64,000 bases of DNA from Escherichia phage JY01, in the sequence record OR995200.1. One strand, written 5' to 3'. The notes under the pieces are model-generated. The model searched no databases. It was not told where the DNA came from and saw only the letters and a program-made list of their open reading frames with translations. Position numbers and translations under genes: made by a program. Below are positions 12,814 to 23,049 of the stretch, piece by piece. Positions within the stretch are counted from its first letter, which is position 1. The number at the start of each line of letters is the position of its first letter.

Positions 12814-14232
12814 TTATGGATAAGTATAGATGATACCAGTTTCTAAAGCAGTTTTATGGATGATGTATCCATTACGTGATTCTTGAACATCAACTTCTGG
12901 ATAATCTTTCATCATCTTCTGAAGCGTATAACGATGCAAGTAGTACTTACTATCTGGATCTTCAGTTTTCCAATCTTTACCTTCTTCAGTCATTTTTTGG
13001 ATTTCATCCATAACCCACCAACCGCACCAGATATAAGCTGAAGTACGATGTGGAAGAGGATGAACATAAGGCAATTCACCTTCTGGTTCCGGAGCAACTT
13101 TATCAGTTACCTGAACTTGACCTGTTGTTTTAACTGTTTTGCTATCATAGTCAGTTGCTGTAACGACAGCAGTAACTTCAATAGTTTGACTTCCAACAGA
13201 TGAGGTATCAACAGTATATACGTTAGTTGACCCTTCTACAGGAGAAGAATCTTTCTTCCATGAATAAGTAATTTGCGCTTCTTCTGGAGCATCAGTGACA
13301 TTAGCAGTAAATGTAGCCGAAGCATCTTGCTGAACGTTAATAGAAGGAGGAGTCAATGTAACCTGTGGATTCATTGTCTTTTTATTAACAGTCAGTGATA
13401 CTTCATTCGAAGTAACTTCCTTTTCATTGTAATTTTCTGCTGTTACTTGGGCTACGCATTTAATTCTTTTTACCCCACTTGTAGTTGGAGTATAGCTAAA
13501 TGTAGAGTTAGTTTCTCCACCAACTTGAGAATCATCTACATACCATTTATATGTAGCAGACGCTCCATCAGGTTGAGAAGCTAAGGTAGCAGTAAATTGA
13601 ACTGGGGTTCCAATTACTCCTGCTGGAGGACTATTAGGAGTTACTGCCAATGTAGTTGTCTGTGTCTTTTTATTAACAGTCAGTGATACTTCATTCGAAG
13701 TAACGGTTTTTTCATCATAATTTGTCGCGGTTACTTGAGCTACACACTTGATTTTTTTAACTCCGCTGGCGGCAGGAGTGTAATTAAATGTAGCAGAAGT
13801 CGCTTCGTCTACAGGAGAATCGTCAACGTACCATTGATACGTAGCAGATGCACCTGATGGCTGCGAAGCTAAGGCAGCAGTAAATTTAACAGCTGTTCCG
13901 ATTACTCCAGCAGCGGGACTATTGGGAGTTACTGCCAATGTAGTTGTCTGAGTTTTGTTTTTTACTGTGATAGTTGTAGTAGCTTCTGCTGTTTCAGCTT
14001 CAGATTCTGGAACTGTATTTGTTGCAACAACTTTAATAGTCTTTTGACCAGCAGGACCTTTTAATACATAATCAAAAGTTGCTTCAGACCCATCTTGTGG
14101 AGCATTATCTACACTCCAAGCATAAGTAATAGTTCCACCTCCAGTTTCACCACTGGGTGCAGCAGTAAACTGCTTGGTTTCATCAATAACCCCTGTCGGT
14201 GTTTTAGGAGTTATATCAACTGTAAAAGCCAT
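12814..14232 (-). CDS. hoc: Hoc, highly immunogenic outer capsid protein with an extra Ig-like domain
   Basis: 472 aa; N- and C-terminal parts match T4 Hoc as I recall it (376 aa); contains two tandem 96-aa Ig-like repeats. Confidence 0.9.
   Translation of the reverse strand: MAFTVDITPKTPTGVIDETKQFTAAPSGETGGGTITYAWSVDNAPQDGSEATFDYVLKGPAGQKTIKVVATNTVPESEAETAEATTTITVKNKTQTTTLAVTPNSPAAGVIGTAVKFTAALASQPSGASATYQWYVDDSPVDEATSATFNYTPAASGVKKIKCVAQVTATNYDEKTVTSNEVSLTVNKKTQTTTLAVTPNSPPAGVIGTPVQFTATLASQPDGASATYKWYVDDSQVGGETNSTFSYTPTTSGVKRIKCVAQVTAENYNEKEVTSNEVSLTVNKKTMNPQVTLTPPSINVQQDASATFTANVTDAPEEAQITYSWKKDSSPVEGSTNVYTVDTSSVGSQTIEVTAVVTATDYDSKTVKTTGQVQVTDKVAPEPEGELPYVHPLPHRTSAYIWCGWWVMDEIQKMTEEGKDWKTEDPDSKYYLHRYTLQKMMKDYPEVDVQESRNGYIIHKTALETGIIYTYP
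13381..13668 (-). repeat. Hoc Ig-like domain repeat unit 2 (residues ~189-284)
   Basis: second copy; shares the string gtctttttattaacagtcagtgatacttcattcgaagtaac with unit 1. Confidence 0.8.
13669..13956 (-). repeat. Hoc Ig-like domain repeat unit 1 (residues ~93-188)
   Basis: 288-bp unit tandemly repeated; protein KTQTTTLAVTPNSPAAGVIGT...SLTVNK. Confidence 0.8.
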
Positions 14233-14241
14233 AAGTTATCC

Positions 14242-14922
14242 TTATTTTAATGTTACGAAAGAAGAATTGCGTGTTTCACGAATTAAAACTGATCCGTCAC
14301 GATTAATGTAATAAATTAAGCTAAACAAAGTTTGGTGTGCTGACGCGTGTTCAAAACTAGTTGGATGAGATTTCCAATCAGGAGTTTCAGCGATCCATTG
14401 ATAAATCCACCAAGGAACCGTACAGAATCCTGGATTTTTCCCCAATAATTGAAGATTCGGGCTAAAGTTTTCCGGAAGAGTAAATACAGACGGCTTTTCA
14501 GATTCAATAATCTCAGCTATAGCTTGTTCAAACTTTTCTTCAACAAAAGGAGTGTCTTCAATCAAAACATCAGTATTTTCAGGAATTTTATCCGTTTCTA
14601 CCACTTCAATTTTAATATCAGATTTAACTGGAGAATCAATCAGAAGTGCTGCTTCTGGATTAACTTCTTCATCGTCATATTTTAATCCCTCTGCAGCATC
14701 AGCAGCATCAATTAAGTCTTTAATAGATAACCCATCAGTCTCTGGCATAGGTTCACTAGCGAGCTTCTGGAGGGCTTCTTCAATATCAGCAACGATATTA
14801 TCAAAAGATTTATTCTTTTTGACCTTTATACCAAACTGTTCAGCATATTCAGCTAATTTAGCTTTAGCTTCTTTATTATCATCAAGAGCCTTCAGCTCTG
14901 CAATATAATCTTTATCTATCAT
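14242..14922 (-). CDS. inh: Inh, inhibitor of prohead protease gp21
   Basis: 226 aa, matches T4 Inh in length and position upstream of hoc. Confidence 0.85.
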   Translation of the reverse strand: MIDKDYIAELKALDDNKEAKAKLAEYAEQFGIKVKKNKSFDNIVADIEEALQKLASEPMPETDGLSIKDLIDAADAAEGLKYDDEEVNPEAALLIDSPVKSDIKIEVVETDKIPENTDVLIEDTPFVEEKFEQAIAEIIESEKPSVFTLPENFSPNLQLLGKNPGFCTVPWWIYQWIAETPDWKSHPTSFEHASAHQTLFSLIYYINRDGSVLIRETRNSSFVTLK

Positions 14923-14935
14923 AATATTTCCTCAG

Positions 14936-14943
14936 TATAAATA
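14936..14943 (+). promoter_or_regulatory. late promoter (TATAAATA) for uvsW
   Basis: exact TATAAATA ~30 bp upstream of the uvsW ATG. Confidence 0.6.
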
Positions 14944-14972
14944 TAGATATATTTATTACATGGTATTTAGAC

Positions 14973-16484
14973 ATGACTGACATTAAAGTACATTTTTATG
15001 ATTTTAGTCACGTGAGAATTGATTGTGAAGAAAGTACATTTCATGAACTCCGTGATTTCTTTAGCTTTGAAGCTGATGGGTATCGTTTTAATCCGAAATA
15101 CAAATATGGCCACTGGGATGGACGAATCCGTCTTTTAGATTATAATCGTCTTCTTCCATTCGGCTTAGTCGGGCAAATTAAAAAGTTCTGTGATAACTTT
15201 GGCTATAAAGCCTGGATTGACCCACAAATTAACGAAAAAGAAGAATTATCAAGAAAAGATTTTGATGAATGGCTTTCTAAATTAGAAATCTATTCAGGAA
15301 ATAAAAGAATTGAACCACACTGGTATCAAAAAGATGCAGTGTTCGAAGGATTAGTTAATCGTCGTAGAATTCTTAATCTTCCAACATCCGCAGGTAAATC
15401 TTTAATTCAAGCTTTGCTTGCACGTTATTATTTGGAAAATTATGAAGGTAAAATTCTTATCATTGTTCCAACAACTGCTCTAACAACTCAGATGGCTGAT
15501 GACTTCGTTGACTATCGTTTATTCAGTCATGCAATGATAAAGAAAATTGGTGGCGGAGCATCAAAAGATGATAAATATAAAAATGATGCACCAGTCATTG
15601 TTGGTACATGGCAAACTGTAGTAAAACAGCCAAAAGAATGGTTCTCACAGTTTGGAATGATGATGAATGATGAATGCCATCTTGCTACAGGAAAAAGTAT
15701 TTCATCTATCATATCAGGTTTAAATAACTGCATGTTCAAATTTGGTCTATCTGGTTCATTACGTGATGGCAAAGCCAATATCATGCAGTATGTTGGAATG
15801 TTCGGTGAAATATTTAAGCCAGTAACGACTTCTAAGTTAATGGAAGATGGACAAGTAACTGAGCTAAAAATTAATAGTATTTTTCTTCGCTATCCCGATG
15901 AGTTCACTACTAAATTAAAGGGAAAAACTTATCAAGAAGAAATAAAAATTATTACGGGGCTTAGTAAAAGAAATAAATGGATCGCTAAATTAGCTATTAA
16001 GCTTGCGCAAAAAGATGAAAACGCTTTTGTCATGTTTAAACATGTATCGCATGGTAAAGCTATTTTCGATTTAATTAAAAATGAATACGATAAAGTTTAT
16101 TACGTATCAGGGGAAGTTGATACCGAAACCCGCAATATAATGAAAACCTTAGCTGAAAATGGTAAAGGAATAATTATAGTAGCTAGTTATGGTGTATTTT
16201 CTACTGGTATTTCAGTTAAAAATCTGCATCACGTTGTTTTAGCGCACGGTGTTAAATCAAAAATCATTGTATTACAAACAATCGGTCGTGTATTACGTAA
16301 GCATGGTTCTAAGACAATAGCAACAGTCTGGGACCTCATAGATGATTGTGGTGTTAAGCCAAAATCTGCTAATACGAAAAAGAAATATGTTCATTTGAAC
16401 TATCTTTTAAAACACGGCATTGATCGTATTCAGCGCTACGCAGATGAAAAATTTAATTACGTAATGAAAACAGTTAATTTATAA
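14973..16484 (+). CDS. uvsW: UvsW DNA/RNA helicase (SF2)
   Basis: 503 aa; Walker A TSAGKS, DECH box (MMNDECH); T4 UvsW length; late promoter upstream. Confidence 0.93.
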   Translation: MTDIKVHFYDFSHVRIDCEESTFHELRDFFSFEADGYRFNPKYKYGHWDGRIRLLDYNRLLPFGLVGQIKKFCDNFGYKAWIDPQINEKEELSRKDFDEWLSKLEIYSGNKRIEPHWYQKDAVFEGLVNRRRILNLPTSAGKSLIQALLARYYLENYEGKILIIVPTTALTTQMADDFVDYRLFSHAMIKKIGGGASKDDKYKNDAPVIVGTWQTVVKQPKEWFSQFGMMMNDECHLATGKSISSIISGLNNCMFKFGLSGSLRDGKANIMQYVGMFGEIFKPVTTSKLMEDGQVTELKINSIFLRYPDEFTTKLKGKTYQEEIKIITGLSKRNKWIAKLAIKLAQKDENAFVMFKHVSHGKAIFDLIKNEYDKVYYVSGEVDTETRNIMKTLAENGKGIIIVASYGVFSTGISVKNLHHVVLAHGVKSKIIVLQTIGRVLRKHGSKTIATVWDLIDDCGVKPKSANTKKKYVHLNYLLKHGIDRIQRYADEKFNYVMKTVNL

Positions 16485-16496
16485 GGGCTTCGGCCC
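16485..16496 (+). terminator. small stem-loop at the uvsW stop
   Basis: GGGC-TTCG-GCCC overlapping the uvsW.1 SD; possible RNA stability or coupling element. Confidence 0.4.
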
Positions 16497-16509
16497 TTTG
16501 GAGAAAAAG

Positions 16510-16740
16510 ATGTTACTAGAATTTAAACAATTTCTTTATGAAGCTTCTATTGATGAATTTATGGGTAAAATTGCCTCTTGCCAAACATTAGAAGGTTTAG
16601 AAGAACTTGAAGCTTATTATAAGAAAAGAGTTAAAGAAACTGAATTAAAAGATACTGATGACATCTCAGTCAGAGATGCTTTGGCAGGAAAAAGAGCTGA
16701 ATTAGAAGATTCAGACGATGAAGTAGAAGAAAGCTTTTAA
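16510..16740 (+). CDS. uvsW.1: UvsW.1 small acidic protein
   Basis: 76 aa from the ATG at 16510 (ORF-track start 16498 is a TTG inside a hairpin). Confidence 0.75.
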   Translation: MLLEFKQFLYEASIDEFMGKIASCQTLEGLEELEAYYKKRVKETELKDTDDISVRDALAGKRAELEDSDDEVEESF

Positions 16741-16796
16741 ATTAAAAAAGGCCCAACCAAAAAAGGAAGGGCCAAAACTATAGACTAAAGGTCACA

Positions 16797-16964
16797 CTAT
16801 AGCAAAAGTTGTGTTTCATTTAATTGTTCTTCCGAACTTTCTGAAACTGGTAGTTCTTTAATGTAATTATAGCAAGGCCCAGGATGTACAGGACCTTTGT
16901 CTGTTTCAACAACCAATGCAGAATCGATTGGAGTTTTACAGACAACACAAATCTTATCTGACAT
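16797..16964 (-). CDS. small Cys-containing protein (uvsY.-2-like), 55 aa
   Basis: ORF below the track cutoff, translated by hand: MSDKICVVCKTPIDSALVVETDKGPVHPGPCYNYIKELPVSESSEEQLNETQLLL; GGAG SD upstream. Confidence 0.55.
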   Translation of the reverse strand: MSDKICVVCKTPIDSALVVETDKGPVHPGPCYNYIKELPVSESSEEQLNETQLLL

Positions 16965-17087
16965 GATTGTCTCCTCTGAATTATATATCTATTTATAACC
17001 CCATCTTAAAGCGCATTTCTTGTACACGCTTTAAACATGCTTCCATTTCTGCTAAAAGTCTAAATACTTCTTTATAATTTGTCATAT

Positions 17088-17315
17088 TTACCCCATATCT
17101 CTCATATGCATATCAATGCCCATATCTTTAGAATAAAAATATTCATCAAGATATCCGGCAAATTTTCCTTTAATATAAAGGACATCTTCACCACACGGGT
17201 GGTCGGCCAGGATACGAATATCCTGACGCTTAAGATTATGCTTTTTCATTAAGAATTGAATCTCAGTTTCAAATTCTTCTTCATAATTAAAAGCATCATC
17301 AATGTTATATCTCAT
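17088..17315 (-). CDS. hypothetical protein (uvsY.-1-like)
   Basis: 75-aa ORF immediately downstream of uvsY, overlapping junction. Confidence 0.65.
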   Translation of the reverse strand: MRYNIDDAFNYEEEFETEIQFLMKKHNLKRQDIRILADHPCGEDVLYIKGKFAGYLDEYFYSKDMGIDMHMRDMG

Positions 17316-17728
17316 TATTTTCCAGCCTCAAATGCCCGCATGTCTTGAATATGCTTAATAGCAAATCCTCGTGATTTGATAGCATCAAGAGCTCCGCTAC
17401 AGAAATCTAATAAAATTCCCCAATATTGTAATGAAGTATCAACCTTTAAAACATCCTTATCAGCTGATAGAACTGTTTTCATTTCTGATTTCTCGTAACG
17501 ATCCATACTAAATTCATCACCATCTCCTCGTCCCGAGTAGTAGTCTAATTTAGCTTTAAGAGCAACTTTTTTCTGTGCATCAATTCTAAGCATTTCCTTT
17601 TTAATACTTGAATGCTTATTAAGCCATTTACTATATAACATCACATTATTAGCTGCTTCATACTGTAATTTAGTCGAATCTATAAACACATCTTTCTTCA
17701 ATTCTTCTTGAAGATCTTCTAATCTCAT
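17315..17728 (-). CDS. uvsY: UvsY recombination mediator protein
   Basis: 137 aa, matches T4 UvsY; MotA-box middle promoter upstream. Confidence 0.93.
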   Translation of the reverse strand: MRLEDLQEELKKDVFIDSTKLQYEAANNVMLYSKWLNKHSSIKKEMLRIDAQKKVALKAKLDYYSGRGDGDEFSMDRYEKSEMKTVLSADKDVLKVDTSLQYWGILLDFCSGALDAIKSRGFAIKHIQDMRAFEAGK

Positions 17729-17768
17729 ATTGTTCTCTATTCAATTGTTATTGGATGGACTTAGATTC

Positions 17769-17794
17769 ATTATACCACGTTTATACGTGAAGCA
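17769..17794 (-). promoter_or_regulatory. middle promoter for uvsY (MotA box + -10)
   Basis: minus strand: ATGCTTCA (MotA box) - 13 nt - TATAAT, ~40 bp upstream of the uvsY ATG. Confidence 0.6.
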
Positions 17795-18193
17795 TTATAC
17801 TCTATTACTGGAAGCCAGTTGTAGTTTTATCTGCTCAATATCATCAGGGTTATCGATGACTGAAAAGCGTATTTCTACTATCAAAGTATAATCATCATAA
17901 ACCGGTATTACATTAACTGCTAATTTATCAATACGTGGCTCATAGTTTCTTACTGCGCTTTCGATATTACGCTCAACCGTGTCAGCAGTAAGAGGAGTCA
18001 TATTCTCAAAAAGTTGGTCAGATAAATCGCATCCAAATTCAGGGTCAAACGGTCTTGAACCTTTTCTTGTTGTAATAATTCCTAAAAGACTATTTTTAAT
18101 TGACCTTAATCCAAGTGATCTTGAAACGTCTTTGTTCCAATCCATTTTCATCTCTGGGTCAATATCAGAATAAAGCTTATTAATATTTGCCAT
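17795..18193 (-). CDS. 25: baseplate wedge protein gp25
   Basis: 132 aa, T4 gp25 length and sequence. Confidence 0.92.
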   Translation of the reverse strand: MANINKLYSDIDPEMKMDWNKDVSRSLGLRSIKNSLLGIITTRKGSRPFDPEFGCDLSDQLFENMTPLTADTVERNIESAVRNYEPRIDKLAVNVIPVYDDYTLIVEIRFSVIDNPDDIEQIKLQLASSNRV

Positions 18194-18819
18194 TACAATA
18201 GCTCAAAGAATTCTTTGAGTCCTCTTATTACATGAGCGCGAGTTTTTCCACACTCTGGACATTTAATTGGAACAGCCAAATAAACAGTAGGCTTTAAAAG
18301 CATATCTTTTATAGCTACAATATCTGGCTCTGTGATGATAGAATATAAATCTTCCAATTCTTTTTCATTTAAGTCTTCAACTGGAATGCTTTCCCCGTTA
18401 GCGTGAATCGTTTCTATACATGATACTATCATGTGGGCTATATTTTTATCATCAAAAATTTTAGGGTAATGGAATTTAATTTTAATGTCACCCAGTGTAT
18501 ACCAGAGGTCTTCTGGTGCATCTATTTGTGTATGTAATAGATTTATATGGGTTGGTATTTCAGTTCCGCAGGTGCACTTCCAGGAGTTTTCGTGATTAAC
18601 TTCGCCAAGAGAATGTGCCCATAAATGAATCAACAATAGTTCTGATTCTTGACGATTTAAATCTTTTGCATTTGTGCAGTCTTTGATTAGCTTTTTAACA
18701 ATTACTTCTACGGAACCATTATTTTTGGCAGTAATAAGTTCTAGATATTCTTTAAGCGTGAATGCGCGACAATTGATTATTTTAGAACCAACTCTCACAT
18801 CAAATTTGTATTCATACAT
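18193..18819 (-). CDS. 26: baseplate hub protein gp26
   Basis: 208 aa, position upstream of 25, divergent from 51. Confidence 0.88.
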   Translation of the reverse strand: MYEYKFDVRVGSKIINCRAFTLKEYLELITAKNNGSVEVIVKKLIKDCTNAKDLNRQESELLLIHLWAHSLGEVNHENSWKCTCGTEIPTHINLLHTQIDAPEDLWYTLGDIKIKFHYPKIFDDKNIAHMIVSCIETIHANGESIPVEDLNEKELEDLYSIITEPDIVAIKDMLLKPTVYLAVPIKCPECGKTRAHVIRGLKEFFELL

Positions 18820-18840
18820 ATTTAGCTCCTTTATTTATCA

Positions 18841-18852
18841 TATTTATAAATA
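18841..18852. promoter_or_regulatory. overlapping divergent late promoters (TATTTATA on minus for 26-25; TATAAATA on plus for 51)
   Basis: sequence TATTTATAAATA in the 50-bp gap between divergent genes 26 and 51. Confidence 0.65.
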
Positions 18853-18869
18853 GAATAAAAGGAGCATCT

Positions 18870-19622
18870 ATGGCAAACATTATTCGTTGTAAATTACCAG
18901 ATGGTGTTCATCGTTTTAAACCATTTACGGTAGAAGATTATCGAGATTTTTTGTTAGTTCGAAACGATATAGAACATCGGTCACCGCAAGAACAAAAAGA
19001 AGTAATTGCTGATTTAATTGCTGATTATTTTGGAGACTATCCAAAGACTTGGCAACCATTTATATTTTTGCAGGTATTTGTAGGTTCAATAGGTAAAACT
19101 AAAGTACCAGTCACATTTGTATGTCCAAAATGTAAAAAAGAAAAGACAGTTCCATTTGAAATATATCAAAAAGAATTAAAGGAACCTATTTTTGATGTAG
19201 CTAATGTTAAAATTAAATTAAATTTTCCTTCTGAGTTTTATGAAAATAAAGCAAAGATGATTACTGAAAATATTCATTCTGTTCAAGTAGATGAAATGTG
19301 GTATGATTGGAAGGAAATTAGTGAATCAAGTCAAATAGAACTTGTTGACGCCATCGAGATAGAAACATTAGAAAAAATTCTCGATGCAATGAATCCTATT
19401 AATTTAACATTGCACATGTCGTGTTGTGATAAGTACATTAAAAAATACACTGATATAGTAGATGTGTTTAAGCTATTAGTTAATCCAGATGAGATATTTA
19501 CTTTTTATCAAATTAATCACACGCTTGTAAAAAGTAATTATAGCTTAAATTCAATAATGAAAATGATTCCTGCCGAGCGCGGATTCGTATTAAAACTGAT
19601 TGAGAAGGATAAACATCAATGA
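18870..19622 (+). CDS. 51: baseplate hub assembly protein gp51
   Basis: 250 aa; late promoter upstream; precedes 27. Confidence 0.88.
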   Translation: MANIIRCKLPDGVHRFKPFTVEDYRDFLLVRNDIEHRSPQEQKEVIADLIADYFGDYPKTWQPFIFLQVFVGSIGKTKVPVTFVCPKCKKEKTVPFEIYQKELKEPIFDVANVKIKLNFPSEFYENKAKMITENIHSVQVDEMWYDWKEISESSQIELVDAIEIETLEKILDAMNPINLTLHMSCCDKYIKKYTDIVDVFKLLVNPDEIFTFYQINHTLVKSNYSLNSIMKMIPAERGFVLKLIEKDKHQ

Positions 19623-20791
19623 GTATGTTACAACGTCCTGGATATCCAAATCTCAGCGTTAAATTATTTGAGAGTTATGACGCTTGGAGTAATAATAGAT
19701 TTGTTGAATTAGCTGCTACTATTACCACATTAACTATGCGTGACTCTCTTTATGGTCGAAATGAAGGAATGCTGCAGTTTTATGATTCTAAAAACATCCA
19801 TACAAAAATGGATGGAAATGAAATAATTCAGATTTCTGTAGCTAATGCAAACGATATTAATAATGTTAAAACACGAATTTATGGATGCAAGCATTTTTCC
19901 GTGTCAGTAGATTCAAAAGGCGATAACATCATTGCTATTGAATTGGGAACTATTCATTCTATAGAAAATCTTAAATTTGGTAGACCATTTTTCCCTGATG
20001 CCGGTGAATCTATAAAGGAAATGCTTGGCGTAATTTATCAAGATCGTACATTATTAACTCCAGCGATAAATGCTATTAATGCTTATGTTCCTGATATTCC
20101 ATGGACTAGCACATTTGAAAACTATTTGTCATATGTAAGAGAAGTTGCTCTAGCGGTAGGAAGCGATAAGTTCGTATTTGTATGGCAAGACATCATGGGA
20201 GTTAACATGATGGACTATGATATGATGATAAATCAAGAACCATATCCAATGATTGTAGGTGAGCCAACTTTAATAGGTCAATTCGTCCAAGAATTGAAAT
20301 ATCCATTAGCATATGATTTTGTTTGGTTGACTAAATCAAACCCGCATAAACGCGATCCAATGAAAAATGCTACTATCTATGCTCATTCATTTTTAGATTC
20401 TTCATTACCAATGATTACTACAGGAAAGGGTGAAAACTCTATTGTAGTGTCAAGGTCAGGTGCTTATTCTGAAATGACTTATAGAAATGGATATGAAGAA
20501 GCTATTCGTCTTCAGACTATGGCGCAGTATGATGGTTACGCTAAATGTTCTACTGTCGGTAATTTTAACTTGACTCCCGGCGTTAAAATTATTTTTAATG
20601 ATAGTAAAAACCAATTTAAAACAGAATTTTACGTTGATGAAGTTATTCACGAATTATCAAATAATAATTCCGTAACTCATCTTTATATGTTCACTAATGC
20701 AACGAAACTGGAAACAATCGACCCAGTTAAGGTTAAAAATGAATTTAAAACTGATACTACCACTGAAGAAAGTAGTTCTTCCGATAAGTAA
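19619..20791 (+). CDS. 27: baseplate hub subunit gp27
   Basis: 390 aa, T4 gp27 length and position. Confidence 0.92.
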   Translation: MSMLQRPGYPNLSVKLFESYDAWSNNRFVELAATITTLTMRDSLYGRNEGMLQFYDSKNIHTKMDGNEIIQISVANANDINNVKTRIYGCKHFSVSVDSKGDNIIAIELGTIHSIENLKFGRPFFPDAGESIKEMLGVIYQDRTLLTPAINAINAYVPDIPWTSTFENYLSYVREVALAVGSDKFVFVWQDIMGVNMMDYDMMINQEPYPMIVGEPTLIGQFVQELKYPLAYDFVWLTKSNPHKRDPMKNATIYAHSFLDSSLPMITTGKGENSIVVSRSGAYSEMTYRNGYEEAIRLQTMAQYDGYAKCSTVGNFNLTPGVKIIFNDSKNQFKTEFYVDEVIHELSNNNSVTHLYMFTNATKLETIDPVKVKNEFKTDTTTEESSSSDK

Positions 20792-21272
20792 TAAAGAAGT
20801 TTCTATTCCTAAGATGGGTCTTAAACATTATAACATTTTAAAAGATGTTAAAGGTCCTGATGAAAATTTAAAGCTTCTTATTGATTCTATTTGTCCAAAT
20901 TTATCACCGGCAGAAGTTGATTTCGTTTCTATTCATTTGCTAGAATTTAATGGAAAGATTAAATCTCGTAAAGAAATAGATGGTTATACTTATGATATTA
21001 ATGACGTTTATGTATGCCAAAGATTGGAATTTCAATACCAAGGAAATACATTTTATTTTAGACCTCCTGGAAAATTTGAACAATTTTTAACTGTAAGCGA
21101 TATGTTATCCAAATGCTTGCTTAAGGTCAATGATGAAGTTAAAGAAATTAATTTTCTTGAGATGCCAGCATTTGTTTTAAAATGGGCAAATGATATTTCT
21201 ACAACTTTAGCAATTCCTGGCCCTAATGGTCCAATAACCGGAATTGGCAATATTATTGGATTATTTGAATGA
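20739..21272 (+). CDS. 28: baseplate hub distal subunit gp28
   Basis: start chosen at the internal ATG (MNLKLILPL...) to give the 177 aa I recall for T4 gp28; overlaps end of gene 27. Confidence 0.8.
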   Translation: MNLKLILPLKKVVLPISNKEVSIPKMGLKHYNILKDVKGPDENLKLLIDSICPNLSPAEVDFVSIHLLEFNGKIKSRKEIDGYTYDINDVYVCQRLEFQYQGNTFYFRPPGKFEQFLTVSDMLSKCLLKVNDEVKEINFLEMPAFVLKWANDISTTLAIPGPNGPITGIGNIIGLFE

Positions 21273-23041
21273 AAAAGCCACAAGAAATGCAAACGATGCG
21301 TAGAAAAGTTATTTCAGATAATAAACCAACACAGGAAGCGGCTAAATCCGCTTCTAACACTTTATCTGGACTTAATGACATATCTACGAAATTGGATGAT
21401 GCTCAAGCTGCCTCTGAATTAATAGCTCAAACTGTCGAAGAAAAATCGAATGAAATAGTTGGAGCAATTGATAACGTTGAAAGCGCAGTAAGTGATACTA
21501 CTGCCGGTTCTGAGTTAATTGCTGAAACTGTTGAAATTGGCAACAATATTAATAAAGAAATCGGTGAATCGCTCGGAAGCAAATTAGATAAATTAACAAG
21601 TTTACTGGAACAAAAAATTCAGACAGCTGGAATTCAGCAAACTGGAACGAGTTTAGCAGTAGTCGAAAATGCTATTCCTGTTAAAGTCGTCGAGGATGAT
21701 ACAGCTGAATCTGTGGGTCCTTTATTACCGGCTCCTGAAGCAGTTAATAATGATCCTGATGCTGATTTTTTCCCTACTCCTCAGCCAATTGAACCAAAAC
21801 AAGAGTCTCCAGAAGAGAAGCAAAAAAGAGACGCATTTAACTTAAAAATATCTAATGCATTAGATAAATTAACAAAGACAGTTGATTTCGGATTTAAGAA
21901 ATCTATTTCAATTACTGATAAAATATCTAGTATGCTATTTAAGTATACCGTCAGTGCTGCTATTGAAGCTGCTAAAATGGTTGCATTGATAATGGCTGTT
22001 GTTATTGGAATAGACCTGCTGATGGTTCATTTTAAATACTGGTCAGATAAATTTTCAAAAGCCTGGGATTTATTTGGTACTGATTTTACTAAATTCTCTA
22101 GCGAAACCGGAACATGGGGTCCTTTATTACAGAGCATCTTTGATTCTATTGATAAAATTAAACAACTTTGGGAAGCTGGAGATTGGGGCGGATTAACAGC
22201 AGCTATTGTTGAAGGGCTTGGAAGTGTTCTTTATAATTTAGGAGAGCTTATTCAATTAGGTATGGCTAAATTATCTGCAGCAATTCTTCGAGTTATTCCT
22301 GGCATGAAGGATACTGCTGATGAAGTAGAAGGAAGAGCATTAGAAAATTTTCAAAATTCTACTGGAGCATCTCTTAATAAAGAAGACCAAGAAAAAGTAG
22401 CAAATTATCAAGATAAACGAATGAATGATGATCTTGGCCCAATAGCAAAAGGATTAGACAAAATTGCGAATTGGAAAACTCGTGCATCTAACTGGATTCG
22501 TGGTGTAGATAATAAAGAAGCATTGACTACTGACGAAGAACGTGCAGCAGAAGAAGAAAAATTAAAACAACTTTCACCGGAAGAAAGAAAAAATGCTTTA
22601 ATGAAAGCTAATGAAGCTCGTGCTGCGATGATTCGTTTTGAAAAATACGCTGATTCAGCTGATATGAGCAAAGACTCGACAGTTAAATCAATTGAAGCCG
22701 CTCATGAAGACCTTAAAAAACGAATGAATGATCCGGATTTAAATAATTCACCAGCGGTTAAAAAAGAACTTGCTTCTAGATTTGCTAAAATTGATGCCAC
22801 TTATCAAGAGCTCAAGAAAAATCAACCTGAAGCAAAACCTGAAACTTCTGCTAAATCACCAGAAGCAAAACAGGTCCAGGTGATTGAAAAGAACAAAGCG
22901 CAACAAGCTCCTGTTCAACAAGCATCTCCTTCAATCAATAATACTAATAATGTTATTAAGAAAAATACTGTCGTTCATAATATGACACCTGTCACAAGCA
23001 CAACTGCTCCTGGTGTATTTGGTGCGACGGGAGTTAATTAA
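21269..23041 (+). CDS. 29: baseplate hub / tail length tape-measure protein gp29
   Basis: 590 aa, T4 gp29 length. Confidence 0.92.
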   Translation: MKKPQEMQTMRRKVISDNKPTQEAAKSASNTLSGLNDISTKLDDAQAASELIAQTVEEKSNEIVGAIDNVESAVSDTTAGSELIAETVEIGNNINKEIGESLGSKLDKLTSLLEQKIQTAGIQQTGTSLAVVENAIPVKVVEDDTAESVGPLLPAPEAVNNDPDADFFPTPQPIEPKQESPEEKQKRDAFNLKISNALDKLTKTVDFGFKKSISITDKISSMLFKYTVSAAIEAAKMVALIMAVVIGIDLLMVHFKYWSDKFSKAWDLFGTDFTKFSSETGTWGPLLQSIFDSIDKIKQLWEAGDWGGLTAAIVEGLGSVLYNLGELIQLGMAKLSAAILRVIPGMKDTADEVEGRALENFQNSTGASLNKEDQEKVANYQDKRMNDDLGPIAKGLDKIANWKTRASNWIRGVDNKEALTTDEERAAEEEKLKQLSPEERKNALMKANEARAAMIRFEKYADSADMSKDSTVKSIEAAHEDLKKRMNDPDLNNSPAVKKELASRFAKIDATYQELKKNQPEAKPETSAKSPEAKQVQVIEKNKAQQAPVQQASPSINNTNNVIKKNTVVHNMTPVTSTTAPGVFGATGVN

Positions 23042-23049
23042 GGAATAAT

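Noticed and set aside
12724-12814. TATATAAT element upstream of the 24.3-like ORF as a late promoter
   Set aside because: Not an exact TATAAATA and no clear -35; left unannotated.
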